Positions 29,333 to 38,332 of a DNA stretch of 64,000 nt are shown here, in pieces. The stretch spans positions 96,001-160,000 of the forward strand of contig CAZUNO010000002.1 of NCBI GenBank assembly GCA_964621445.1, in the 5' to 3' direction. A program made the position numbers and the translations under genes. Position 1 is the stretch's first letter, and each line of letters starts with the position of its first letter. The notes under the pieces are model-generated. The model was not told the origin of the DNA, made no database searches, and saw only the letters and a list, made by a program, of their open reading frames with translations. The DNA is from Candidatus Hadarchaeota archaeon (GTDB lineage: Archaea; CAYQAE01; CAYVLA01).

Positions 29333-30326
29333 ACGAATCCCTCGATCATATCCTCCAAGCAAATCCTTTCTCCAGTTCTTGCCGACTGGGCCACGCCCTG
29401 GGTCACCGCCACCGCTATCATTCCATCCCTAAGGGTGTTCTCGTATCTCCTTGACGTGCTCCCGGTTATGAGATCCGCGAAATGGTTCTGCATCTTCATT
29501 ACCGGGTCATGATCATCATGGGTAGGGATGCTTTGAACGTCTTTGTCAATGGCCCCCTATGCCGCATCACCTCCAGGGTCTTCATATCATTGGTTGTCAA
29601 GCTCCCCTTTCTCCCAACGACCTGTATTATATTCTGCGTATTTGGAGCACCCATGCTGGTTATTATGGTAACCGAACGTCCACCATCGAAATCGATCATC
29701 ATGTTGGCGAAATCTATGGTGTCGCCTCCCCTGAAAGTTCCCCTTCTCAACGTGGCGTAAACACCCTTCGGCTTCCCCTCCATCAGCCATAGGCCCCGAT
29801 GAATAGTGTGTGAAGCCGTATCTATAACCCCTCCATAATGCTCGGGAAAGAAGTACTGGGGAGCCATCATGCCCCTCTGCACGGTTAGAAGAGCCTGAAG
29901 TGGTTCCAGGGATTGGGCTTCCTTCTTTAAGGTAGAGGATAATTCGGTAAATCTAAGCTGATATGCAACCATGCCCACGACCGCCTCCTCATCGGCAGCT
30001 CGAATCAGTTTTTTTCCGGTTTCCACCGAATCTACAAGAGGTTTTTCGACAAGGATATGCTTTCCTGCCCTCGCCGCATCAATTGCGATGTTTCCATGGT
30101 GTTTGGTATGGGTGGCTATGATCACCGAGTCAAGGTCCTCCCTTTCGAGGAGCTCCTTGTAATCGAGGACGTAATCCACCCCCAGAAGCTCGCTCGTTCT
30201 TCTTGCCCTGGATTCATCAAGGTCACATACGGCGAGAAGGCGCAGCTTACGGGAAGAATTGGTACGCTGTCCATGCCATGGGCCGCGTTGCCCGCACCCT
30301 ATCAGTGCCGTGGTTACCTCTTTCAT
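29329..30326 (-). CDS. Gfo/Idh/MocA oxidoreductase, frameshifted in a G5 run near 29553-29557
   Basis: IGCG, GKHILVEKP; the family C-terminus (DGMIAVAVTQGVAQSARTGERI) continues in the -1 frame to TGA at 29329. Confidence 0.82.
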
Positions 30327-30421
30327 GATTCAACCTCCATTCGGTTTCCCTCTCAAAAATAGGTTACTCCCTCAAATCATATTAGGTCCTATATACCTAT
30401 GACCGGATGCCAGAATTATTT

Positions 30422-31927
30422 CTACTCCACCCAGATGGGCGAGGACCATGCTGTCTGACCATCCTCCTGTTGGACCCTGACATAGTAGTAGTTATTGCCT
30501 TCATCTATGGGCAGATCCTGCAAATCCATTCCGACCAGGCATGCATCCCGGGGATAGGCAGGATGGAATTTCACCTTTCGTGCATTGTGATAGTAGATAT
30601 CGGGGTTCCGGACCTCCTTCTCCTTAAGGCCAAAGGTCGATTCCACCCTTTCGATCGATTCCTCCATGAATGGAAATAGATGAGCCGAATCCAAACATTC
30701 GATAAGATCAAGACTAAACTCTCTATCATCTATCGATAGATTCAAGGTTGTCGATTTACCTCCCTCAATGGTGAATATTAGTCCCTGCCTGAAAGACGGG
30801 CGTCCATCGCGAGATGTGGTCAGCTCGAAGCTGCAGCTATCCTTCTTCCGGTGAAACCTTTGACCCAGGCCCGAGAACCTTGGCTCGACCTTTATCATCT
30901 GGCCGTTTATAACCCTCAACCTCCCCGCCCATTCCTGTTGCACGTCCTCAAAACCGTAACGCTTGGCCGGCCCCCAACCGAACTCGACCAGAATCTTGAA
31001 AATGCCCTCCTCTTGGACCCCCCACTTGCCGGCGTGGCAATATGTCTCGATGATTTGGCCGTTGTGTATCAGCTCAACTCTATCCAGGGGCTGTGGGCAT
31101 TCGACATCTATTCGCCCCTCTAATTTTCCCGGATCTTTCATTATTGAACCGAGTGGTTTTCCATTGATTTCAAACCAAAGATTGATCCTATCTCCCGTCG
31201 AGGCAATGGTGCGCCTATCCTTCAGGGCCTCCCATATGGCTTCGCGGGTCAGACTTTTAGCCCAAATCCCAGCGATACCCAGAGGCCAACTTCCGGGCAG
31301 GCCGGCACTATCATTTGATGCGATACAACCTATTCTAATCCCCCTGTCCAGGGCGTCCCTAAAGTTACCCCCACTGGTCCTCGGCCCCATGGACCTATTG
31401 CCTTCCATCTTGACCCTGGTGTCCACACCCTCGGAGGAGCCATGGGTGGAATATATCTCCATCACTGGGCATAGAGATGAATCTATCACGTCCCAATTTT
31501 TGCCTCTGTGTTCGGGTATGTAGGCGGTGTGGTGTGGAATTGCCAGGGCATCTCGGTTCCTCAAGTGGGAAAAAAGGTTTTCAAGTTCCCAGGCATCATC
31601 CAGGGGTCCGTCCTCGAAGTAGATAACGTTGTGATCGCCGTATTCGGTACGGTTTCCATGCCACTCATATCCAAGAAATGTTACGAAATCCCCCTCCCTG
31701 TTGTGGTCCCTTGAAGCCGTGCGGAGCCTTTTCCACCACTCCAGGAAGTCGGGTCTTTGTCTAACCGATTCAATCCTCGCTCCCTTTACTCTATCCCATT
31801 GAAAGGGGTAACAAAGAACACAATAAACGTCCAGATTATATTTTGCATAATCAATTATTTGGTCACATCTATCCATATCAACTAGGTGTTTATGGAAGTC
31901 TCCCCAGTATAGATTAAAACCCGACAT
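30422..31927 (-). CDS. PHP-like metallohydrolase (DUF3604-type)
   Basis: YWGDFHKH, FLGYEW, GDHNV, IPHH, EIYSTHGSSE, ASND, YYYVRV.Q.DG..AWSSPIW. Confidence 0.78.
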   Translation of the reverse strand: MSGFNLYWGDFHKHLVDMDRCDQIIDYAKYNLDVYCVLCYPFQWDRVKGARIESVRQRPDFLEWWKRLRTASRDHNREGDFVTFLGYEWHGNRTEYGDHNVIYFEDGPLDDAWELENLFSHLRNRDALAIPHHTAYIPEHRGKNWDVIDSSLCPVMEIYSTHGSSEGVDTRVKMEGNRSMGPRTSGGNFRDALDRGIRIGCIASNDSAGLPGSWPLGIAGIWAKSLTREAIWEALKDRRTIASTGDRINLWFEINGKPLGSIMKDPGKLEGRIDVECPQPLDRVELIHNGQIIETYCHAGKWGVQEEGIFKILVEFGWGPAKRYGFEDVQQEWAGRLRVINGQMIKVEPRFSGLGQRFHRKKDSCSFELTTSRDGRPSFRQGLIFTIEGGKSTTLNLSIDDREFSLDLIECLDSAHLFPFMEESIERVESTFGLKEKEVRNPDIYYHNARKVKFHPAYPRDACLVGMDLQDLPIDEGNNYYYVRVQQEDGQTAWSSPIWVE

Positions 31928-32089
31928 CTTAACCCATTACCTCTTTTCAAGAAGATAACATGGCATCTATTAGGTCTTATCCAGGGGATTGGGAATTCTC
32001 AGAACCGGATTGTTAATAAGGGCGGTAGATCTGCTGCCAAAGCTCAGGCTTCGGCGGGTTAAAAGGGGAAATACGGCAACAAATTGTTC

Positions 32090-32173
32090 CTAATAGACAA
32101 CGTATTGTACGATATAGCCCACCATGGCAAAAACAATAGCCCAATAGGCGATGCTGAAATATAGAAATCTCAA
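32090..32173 (-). CDS. Possible 27-aa single-TM microprotein
   Basis: TTG-start MRFLYFSIAYWAIVFAMVGYIVQYVVY preceded by purine-rich GAGGTAAGGTG. Confidence 0.35.
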   Translation of the reverse strand: MRFLYFSIAYWAIVFAMVGYIVQYVVY

Positions 32174-32223
32174 GGACTTTGCACCTTACCTCACCCCCCC
32201 TCCATTTAGCTTAAAAATATTTT

Positions 32224-32826
32224 CTAATCATCCGAAGTATCGCAGACTTCTCTACCTTCAATTCCCCCTTTGAGGGCACTATAGCCCTTAACTTCCTTCC
32301 CCTCTTCGCGTGCTCCCAGGATAATATCACATAGGTAGTAAAGAGCGGGGTGGATCATGAACTCCAACCTCTGTGGTTTTCGGGAATCGCTAAGGATAAG
32401 CACCGGACATGACCTTGATAACTCCTCTAGGTATCCATGTGCTCCTAGCCAAAGCTCCCTCTTCTCCTCGAATTTGGTGGTTGGATCCGTGGTCATGATG
32501 AGGGAATTCGGTCTGTTAACGATCACCGTTCCCTTGTCCTCCACCTCCACGGCACCTTTTAGATCTGATATTAATTCTCCCGCGTTTTCCGGGTGGCTGA
32601 TTAACAGCATTGCCGCCGGCCAGTTTGAACCGTGCTCGAAGTCATTTAGGGTGATAGTATGATCGCAATCTAGAATCAGGGCTCTTTTTTCTTCATCCAA
32701 GGCCATCTTATAGGCCTGGCTAGCCAGGTTTAGATTGGCACGTGGATGATATCCCAGAACAAGGGATATACCTTCATTCCAAAGTAATCCAGAAACGTCC
32801 TGCTCCGAAAGGACGGAATCAGTCAT
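32224..32826 (-). CDS. RecA/RadB-like fold protein with degenerate Walker A
   Basis: EGISLVLG + helix + ALILDCD + VIVN + PVLILS + YLCDIIL follows the RecA-fold strand order; P-loop GKT absent. Confidence 0.5.
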   Translation of the reverse strand: MTDSVLSEQDVSGLLWNEGISLVLGYHPRANLNLASQAYKMALDEEKRALILDCDHTITLNDFEHGSNWPAAMLLISHPENAGELISDLKGAVEVEDKGTVIVNRPNSLIMTTDPTTKFEEKRELWLGAHGYLEELSRSCPVLILSDSRKPQRLEFMIHPALYYLCDIILGAREEGKEVKGYSALKGGIEGREVCDTSDD

Positions 32827-32849
32827 TTGCTTGCCCCGGGGAGAAGAGA

Positions 32850-32958
32850 TAGCCCGGTACGGATTTTCGGCCTAAGAGGCATTCGAACCGCAGTCCACGG
32901 ATATCTCCGAAACAGGATCGCCAGAGTCCGCGATGCTTGACCGCTACACTACCGGGCT
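32850..32958 (-). tRNA. tRNA-Gln(CTG) with two introns (32903-32920 at canonical 37/38; 32864-32881 at 59/60)
   Basis: AGCCCGG/CCGGGCT acceptor stem, GCGGA-CTCTGG|A-TCCGT anticodon arm, TGCGG-TTCGAA|T-CCGTA T arm; both inserts form BHB motifs (73-nt mature form). Confidence 0.92.
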
Positions 32959-32987
32959 ATTCCAAGTTCATTTGGGATTCCGATTTA

Positions 32988-34268
32988 TTAACTATTTCTT
33001 GCCCAATCTGAAACAAAGACCCGGGGACGTTCAAGGGTGAAAATTCCCGGCATGATCCCATTAATTTCCCTCTCGGGTCTCGTTCGTCTGTAAACCTCTC
33101 TTAGAATTTTCTCCTCTCGATCGTTAGGAACCAAATTTCTCCTAGACATCACCCTGCGCTGGGTGGTGAGCGCCGATTTGAGCTTTAACTCCTTGGATTC
33201 TCCATTATTTCCGTCCGCCCACATGGAAAATGATGGAATGCAACCTAGCCCTTCTCCATAGATCTGGCTGGCAACGCCGAGGCTTGTACCAGGATTTATC
33301 TTCACCCCTGCCGACAATTTTACGTGATCCGCTATTGCACAACCGAGCTTCATCAGCCCGGTGTCGATTTCTCCATCCTCTCTCCTTACCCTTACCGGTC
33401 CATATGAATTTTTAAGCTCGCTGGTTATGGTACCCGCACCTACATTGACCCACTGGGATATGTAGGATCGTGCTATAAGTGACGCATGGCTGATGTTTGA
33501 ATGGGCCATCATTATCGACTCGGAACATTCACCATGAACTTTGCACCCCTCCATTATTACCGATTCCGGACCTACCTCTCCTCCCATGACCACCGTTTCC
33601 TTCCCTATGTAGATCGGCCCCCGGATCATGCTGTGTGAACGAACCTCCACTCCATTATCGAGATATATGGGGCCATCACGGGTATCAAGAAGGCAAAAGG
33701 GTTCGATGTAGGTATTTTTATGGCAAAAGAGATCGCGGCCCAGAACACTCGAACTTGGCAAACTGGTTATCCTTTTCCCGTGTTTCGAGAGTGAAAAAAG
33801 GTCCTTTGATAGGGCACTCCCATTGTTGATTATCAAGTCCCAGAAATATTCGATCATGTGAGCAGATTCATCGAGATCTATCTCCTCAACCTCCCTAGGA
33901 AGGGAATCCTCATTAAAACCGGATCTCTTGAACTTTATCCCCTCCTCTTGTCCAAGAAAAGCGGCGGCCAGTTCCCCATCAACGAAGAAAGCTATCTTCC
34001 CCGTCTCTGACCCCGATACCAGATCCCTTAACTGATATCCAAGATCAAGCACCCTTCCGTTAACGAAAAGGGTCCTCCCCCTTATCTTAGGATCGGGGCG
34101 GTAGCTGAGATAATCCCTGCATATGTACCTGAAATCGAATTCAGGAAGTGCCTCCTCTATTCTATCGCCCAGTGTCTGCGCACCACAGACCAGGTCGTAA
34201 ACAGGCCTCGTCCATGTCAGTGGCAGTAGCCGCTTGAATCCTTCGTCCTCGTAAATTATCCCATTCAT
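32988..34268 (-). CDS. GlmU-like sugar nucleotidyltransferase/left-handed beta-helix protein
   Basis: LLPLTWTRPVYDL, hexapeptide repeats, VNVGAGTITS.LKNSYG; downstream of glmS. Confidence 0.82.
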   Translation of the reverse strand: MNGIIYEDEGFKRLLPLTWTRPVYDLVCGAQTLGDRIEEALPEFDFRYICRDYLSYRPDPKIRGRTLFVNGRVLDLGYQLRDLVSGSETGKIAFFVDGELAAAFLGQEEGIKFKRSGFNEDSLPREVEEIDLDESAHMIEYFWDLIINNGSALSKDLFSLSKHGKRITSLPSSSVLGRDLFCHKNTYIEPFCLLDTRDGPIYLDNGVEVRSHSMIRGPIYIGKETVVMGGEVGPESVIMEGCKVHGECSESIMMAHSNISHASLIARSYISQWVNVGAGTITSELKNSYGPVRVRREDGEIDTGLMKLGCAIADHVKLSAGVKINPGTSLGVASQIYGEGLGCIPSFSMWADGNNGESKELKLKSALTTQRRVMSRRNLVPNDREEKILREVYRRTRPEREINGIMPGIFTLERPRVFVSDWARNS

Positions 34269-34272
34269 TCAA

Positions 34273-36033
34273 TCACCTAACCGTAACACATTTGGCAAGA
34301 TTCCTAGGTCTATCCGGATTGTTACCCCTCAAAATGGCCATATGATAGGCCAGAAGCTGCGCCGGTACAATGCCCATTACGGAAAAAAGATCCCCCGAAC
34401 CGGGAACGACGAATTGTTCATCAAATTCCAGCTCATCTCCATTTGTTATCCCAATTAACCTTGCTCCCCGTGTTTTTGCCTCTCGGGCGCTATTCACGAT
34501 CCCCAGGCTGTCCTGAGCAGCAAAAACTAGGCAGGGCACGCCCTCAGATATCAGAGCCAGGCTGCCATGACGGAGCTCGCTCCCCTCCAGGCCCAGGGAG
34601 GGAAGATAGCATATCTCCCGGATCTTCAACGCGGTCTCAAGGGCGGAAGGATAGGTCAGGTCCCGTCCGATAACGGCAATTACCGATGAGTCCTTCATGG
34701 ATTTTGCCAACCTGCCGGCCTCTTCATCCCATCTTGGTATCCATGTGGCCATGGACCCAGCTGCTTCAATAAGCTTCGACCTTCCCCGGTCCATGGTACC
34801 CCTCATTGCCTGGGCCATTAGGTAAAATGCAGCTACCTCCGCGATATAGGTCTTGGTCGCGGCCACGCTCACTTCGACCCCGGCACCCAAACATATGGAG
34901 AAATCGCTTGCCCTTTCCAGGGTCGACTGGGCATTATTCATCATCCCCACAACCCGGGTTCCCTGTCCTCGGGCGCATTCAACGGCGTCCAGAATATCGC
35001 TGGTCTCTCCCGACTGACTCACCGCCAATACCAGGTCATTCTCCCCCAAAATTTTGCTAAAAGAGGAAAAGCGGGATGAGAGCATGGGGTAGGTGCACAA
35101 GCCCCCTAGTTCGTTAATTAGGTAGGAACCGGTCAGACAAGCGTGATAGCTTGTCCCCGAACCAATCAGGAACGCTCTCTCACACCTGGAAATAGCACCC
35201 GCCATTTCCTCCAGGCCCTGAATTGAGCTCTTCCCGGACCTGTACAAGACATTCGGCTGCTGGTATATCTCCTTCTTCATGAAATGGGCGTAGCCGGATC
35301 TTCCAAGGTCCCTCGACCAATCCATTCTTGTATGAGACCGTCTTGTGACTGATCTCCCCTGCGAGCTCTCGATTAGTTCGGATCTTCCCTGCGAGATTAA
35401 GGCGATCTCGCCATCCTCGAGGGCTGTGAAGTTGCAGACGAATTTGGGCAGGCAGAAGGGGTCGGAGGAGGCCACACGGCCATCGGGTCCCTCCCCTATG
35501 ACCAGCGGAAGACCTTTTTTGCAGGCCACTATGTGATCCCGGTCCCAGGACGTCAGGACCAGAAAAGAGTACTTTCCCTCCAGCCTCCGAGAGCTATTTG
35601 AAATTGCAATGGACAACTCACTTCCTTCCCGAACCTCTTCCTCGACCAGGTGACTTATCACCTCGGTGTCGGTATCGCTGGTGAATCTGTGTCCCCGATT
35701 CGTGAGTTCCTCCCTGAGAATGTCCGCATTCTCAACGATTCCGTTGTGAACTATTGCGATATTACCGGAGCAATCAACCTGTGGATGGGCATTGGAAATG
35801 GTGACCTCCCCATGCGTGGCCCACCGGGTATGCCCTATCCCGATATTGCCCCCGAGCTCCCCCCCAGCGCTGGACAGGCCCTCGACTGGACCCATGCATT
35901 TCTTCCACTGCAACTCCCTATCAATGGTGGCAATACCGGCCGAGTCATATCCCCGATATTCCAGTTTAGCCAGGCATTCCATTAGAATCGGTGCCGCCCT
36001 TCCTTTGCCAATATACCCGATAATACCACACAT
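34273..36033 (-). CDS. glmS: Glutamine-fructose-6-phosphate transaminase
   Basis: MCGIIG, LEYRGYDSAG, GHTRWATHG, SQSGET, PRNLAKCVTV. Confidence 0.96.
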   Translation of the reverse strand: MCGIIGYIGKGRAAPILMECLAKLEYRGYDSAGIATIDRELQWKKCMGPVEGLSSAGGELGGNIGIGHTRWATHGEVTISNAHPQVDCSGNIAIVHNGIVENADILREELTNRGHRFTSDTDTEVISHLVEEEVREGSELSIAISNSSRRLEGKYSFLVLTSWDRDHIVACKKGLPLVIGEGPDGRVASSDPFCLPKFVCNFTALEDGEIALISQGRSELIESSQGRSVTRRSHTRMDWSRDLGRSGYAHFMKKEIYQQPNVLYRSGKSSIQGLEEMAGAISRCERAFLIGSGTSYHACLTGSYLINELGGLCTYPMLSSRFSSFSKILGENDLVLAVSQSGETSDILDAVECARGQGTRVVGMMNNAQSTLERASDFSICLGAGVEVSVAATKTYIAEVAAFYLMAQAMRGTMDRGRSKLIEAAGSMATWIPRWDEEAGRLAKSMKDSSVIAVIGRDLTYPSALETALKIREICYLPSLGLEGSELRHGSLALISEGVPCLVFAAQDSLGIVNSAREAKTRGARLIGITNGDELEFDEQFVVPGSGDLFSVMGIVPAQLLAYHMAILRGNNPDRPRNLAKCVTVR

Positions 36034-36201
36034 CTACAAAATCTGTTCTAGTAGTTAGTTTTCTTTATGGAAAACTATTTCTCAAAATGTATTTTTTCCG
36101 GTATGATTCAATTTGTAGTGATGGTTAGGTATTGTGAGGTCTATGGCCTCCAAAAGAAGCACCACCAAAAACTTTTTTACCACTGGTTGAAAAGCGGTCC
36201 T

Positions 36202-37152
36202 GTGATAATTCTCAACCGTAAGGAAGGCAGATACTACTCCAGAGAAGCCAAAGTTGTCGAGAACCCCGAGGATCTAAAGGCCATTCTCAGCAGGATCAGG
36301 TGGAAGATCCTGGAGCTCCTTTCCGAAGAGCCGATGTACCCGGCAGAAATCGCTAGAAATCTGCATATGCAGGAACAGAAGGTCCATTATCACGTCAAGT
36401 ATTTGAGAAATGCAGGTGCCATCGAGCCCTGCCGCCGGGAACGCATCAGAGGGGGACTGGCAACCTACTACAAGCCTTCTTCTCCGGCCTTCGCCGTTGT
36501 TCTGCCGTTTGGGGAAAGCGAGTTCTCGAACATCAAACCCGGTCTTGAGGAAAATGCTCTGACATCCTTCCTTTCCTCCTTTACCAGGGATGGAACACTC
36601 AATGCGCGCATGATTGTGGGATCACCGATACCTCACGGCCCATTCAAGGCCACAGCAAGAGACGGCCATTACGTCGCCCATCTCGGTCTCTTCCTGGGTC
36701 ACTTCGTGAAGGTTCCGGACCATTTCTGTGTCAAGTTGGATACGGATCTCAAGGCAGAGAAGGAGGAGGACCAGGACCTGATCCTAATCGGCGGGCCGGG
36801 AACCAATCTCATAACCAGCGAGGTAAACCCCGAGCTGCCAATACGTTTTAGCGAGGACAACTTCTGGCGGGGAATAGAATCGAGTCAAAGCGGGGATCAC
36901 TATACCCAGGACTCCGTGGGTATCGTCGCCAAGATACCAAATCCAAAGAATGATGATGCTTCCATTCTGGTGCTGGCCGGTCTGAGGGCGATTGGAACCA
37001 AGTCCACCGTTCTTGGTCTCTGCGACCAGTGGGAGGAACTCCTGAAGGGGTATCACGGCCAGGACACCTGGGCCTGTGCGGTTAGGGGATACGATTTCGA
37101 TGGAGACGGGAAGGTGGATGGGGTGGAGGTACTCGAGAGGGTTACCTCCTAG
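36202..37152 (+). CDS. ArsR-type HTH protein with a C-terminal alpha/beta domain
   Basis: RWKILELL..PMYPAEIA..VHYHVK.L; C-terminal LILIGGPGTN, LAGLRAIGT, DFDGDGKVD; GTG start inferred. Confidence 0.75.
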   Translation: MIILNRKEGRYYSREAKVVENPEDLKAILSRIRWKILELLSEEPMYPAEIARNLHMQEQKVHYHVKYLRNAGAIEPCRRERIRGGLATYYKPSSPAFAVVLPFGESEFSNIKPGLEENALTSFLSSFTRDGTLNARMIVGSPIPHGPFKATARDGHYVAHLGLFLGHFVKVPDHFCVKLDTDLKAEKEEDQDLILIGGPGTNLITSEVNPELPIRFSEDNFWRGIESSQSGDHYTQDSVGIVAKIPNPKNDDASILVLAGLRAIGTKSTVLGLCDQWEELLKGYHGQDTWACAVRGYDFDGDGKVDGVEVLERVTS

Positions 37153-37306
37153 CCAGTTGGGAGGCCACGGGGAAACATAATTGCACGAATAATATCACTA
37201 GGTGACACTTTTAAGAAACCTGGAGAAGATAGAAACCCACGAACTGGCACCAAAGCCCTATTACCATTAATTGGAAAACGGGCTGGTCCGGACGGGAGGA
37301 ATAAAC

Positions 37307-38332
37307 ATGGCCAAAATGAAACAGGCTAACCTGATAGGTGAAACCAAGCTAGAGCTTGAGGAGGCAGAAATCCCTGAGCCCAAACGACGGGAAATCCAGA
37401 TCAAGATCGAGGTATGCGGTATCTGTGGGTCGGATGTACATGCATATTACGGAAAACATCCTTTCGTAAGCCCGCCCATCGTGCCTGGACACGAGTTCTC
37501 GGGAACCATATCCAAACTTGGAGAAGGAGTCGGTGGGTTCAAAGCGGGGGATCGGGTCACCGTTGAGCCCTCACTTACCTGTGGTGAATGTTATAACTGC
37601 AGACATGGACTCTACAACATCTGTGCAAACCTTGAGGTACTTGGTTGCCAAGCTCCGGGGGCCTTTGCTCAATACATAAGCGTACCCGCAGAGAAGGTAT
37701 ATTCCCTCCCCGACGAGCTCGATTTCGATGCCGGTGCACTGGTGGAACCCTCCGCAGTGGGGGTACACGCGGTCAGGAAAAGCGAGCTCGGTCTCGGGGA
37801 TCGAGTCGTCGTTTTGGGTGCGGGAGTGATCGGACAGACGATAGTTCAGGCTGCTAGAGTGGCCGGGGCCGGTGAAATCATCGTCACCGGGCATCACGAG
37901 GGAAGGCTTGAGGTGGCCGAGGAGTTGGGTGCCGATGTAACATTCCTCGCCGGGGACACCGTGAAATTCATCGAGGACAACTACGGCCCCGACGGGATTG
38001 ATATCGTCTATGAGGCCGTGGGAGTTGGCACCACCATAAATCAGGCCATCGATATAGTACGAAAGGGAGCAAAGGTCATAGTAGTGGGGGTATTTGGCAA
38101 ACACCCGGAGACCAAGGTCGGTCTCATACAGGATAAGGAGATCGACATGCGAGGGGCCCTGATGTATGTACAGGAGGACTACCCCAGGACCATTGATCTT
38201 ATTGCCAAGGGTGAAATAAAGACTGAGCCCCTCATAACCTCCCGTTATCCGCTCGAACGGGTCTCAGAAGCCTTCGATCTAATTATGAACCAAAGGGACG
38301 ACACCCTGAAGGTCCTTCTGGACATTCCTTAG
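37307..38332 (+). CDS. Zn-dependent sugar-alcohol dehydrogenase (MDR family)
   Basis: CGICGSD, GHEFSG, structural Zn CGECYNC..C, GAGVIG. Confidence 0.92.
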   Translation: MAKMKQANLIGETKLELEEAEIPEPKRREIQIKIEVCGICGSDVHAYYGKHPFVSPPIVPGHEFSGTISKLGEGVGGFKAGDRVTVEPSLTCGECYNCRHGLYNICANLEVLGCQAPGAFAQYISVPAEKVYSLPDELDFDAGALVEPSAVGVHAVRKSELGLGDRVVVLGAGVIGQTIVQAARVAGAGEIIVTGHHEGRLEVAEELGADVTFLAGDTVKFIEDNYGPDGIDIVYEAVGVGTTINQAIDIVRKGAKVIVVGVFGKHPETKVGLIQDKEIDMRGALMYVQEDYPRTIDLIAKGEIKTEPLITSRYPLERVSEAFDLIMNQRDDTLKVLLDIP

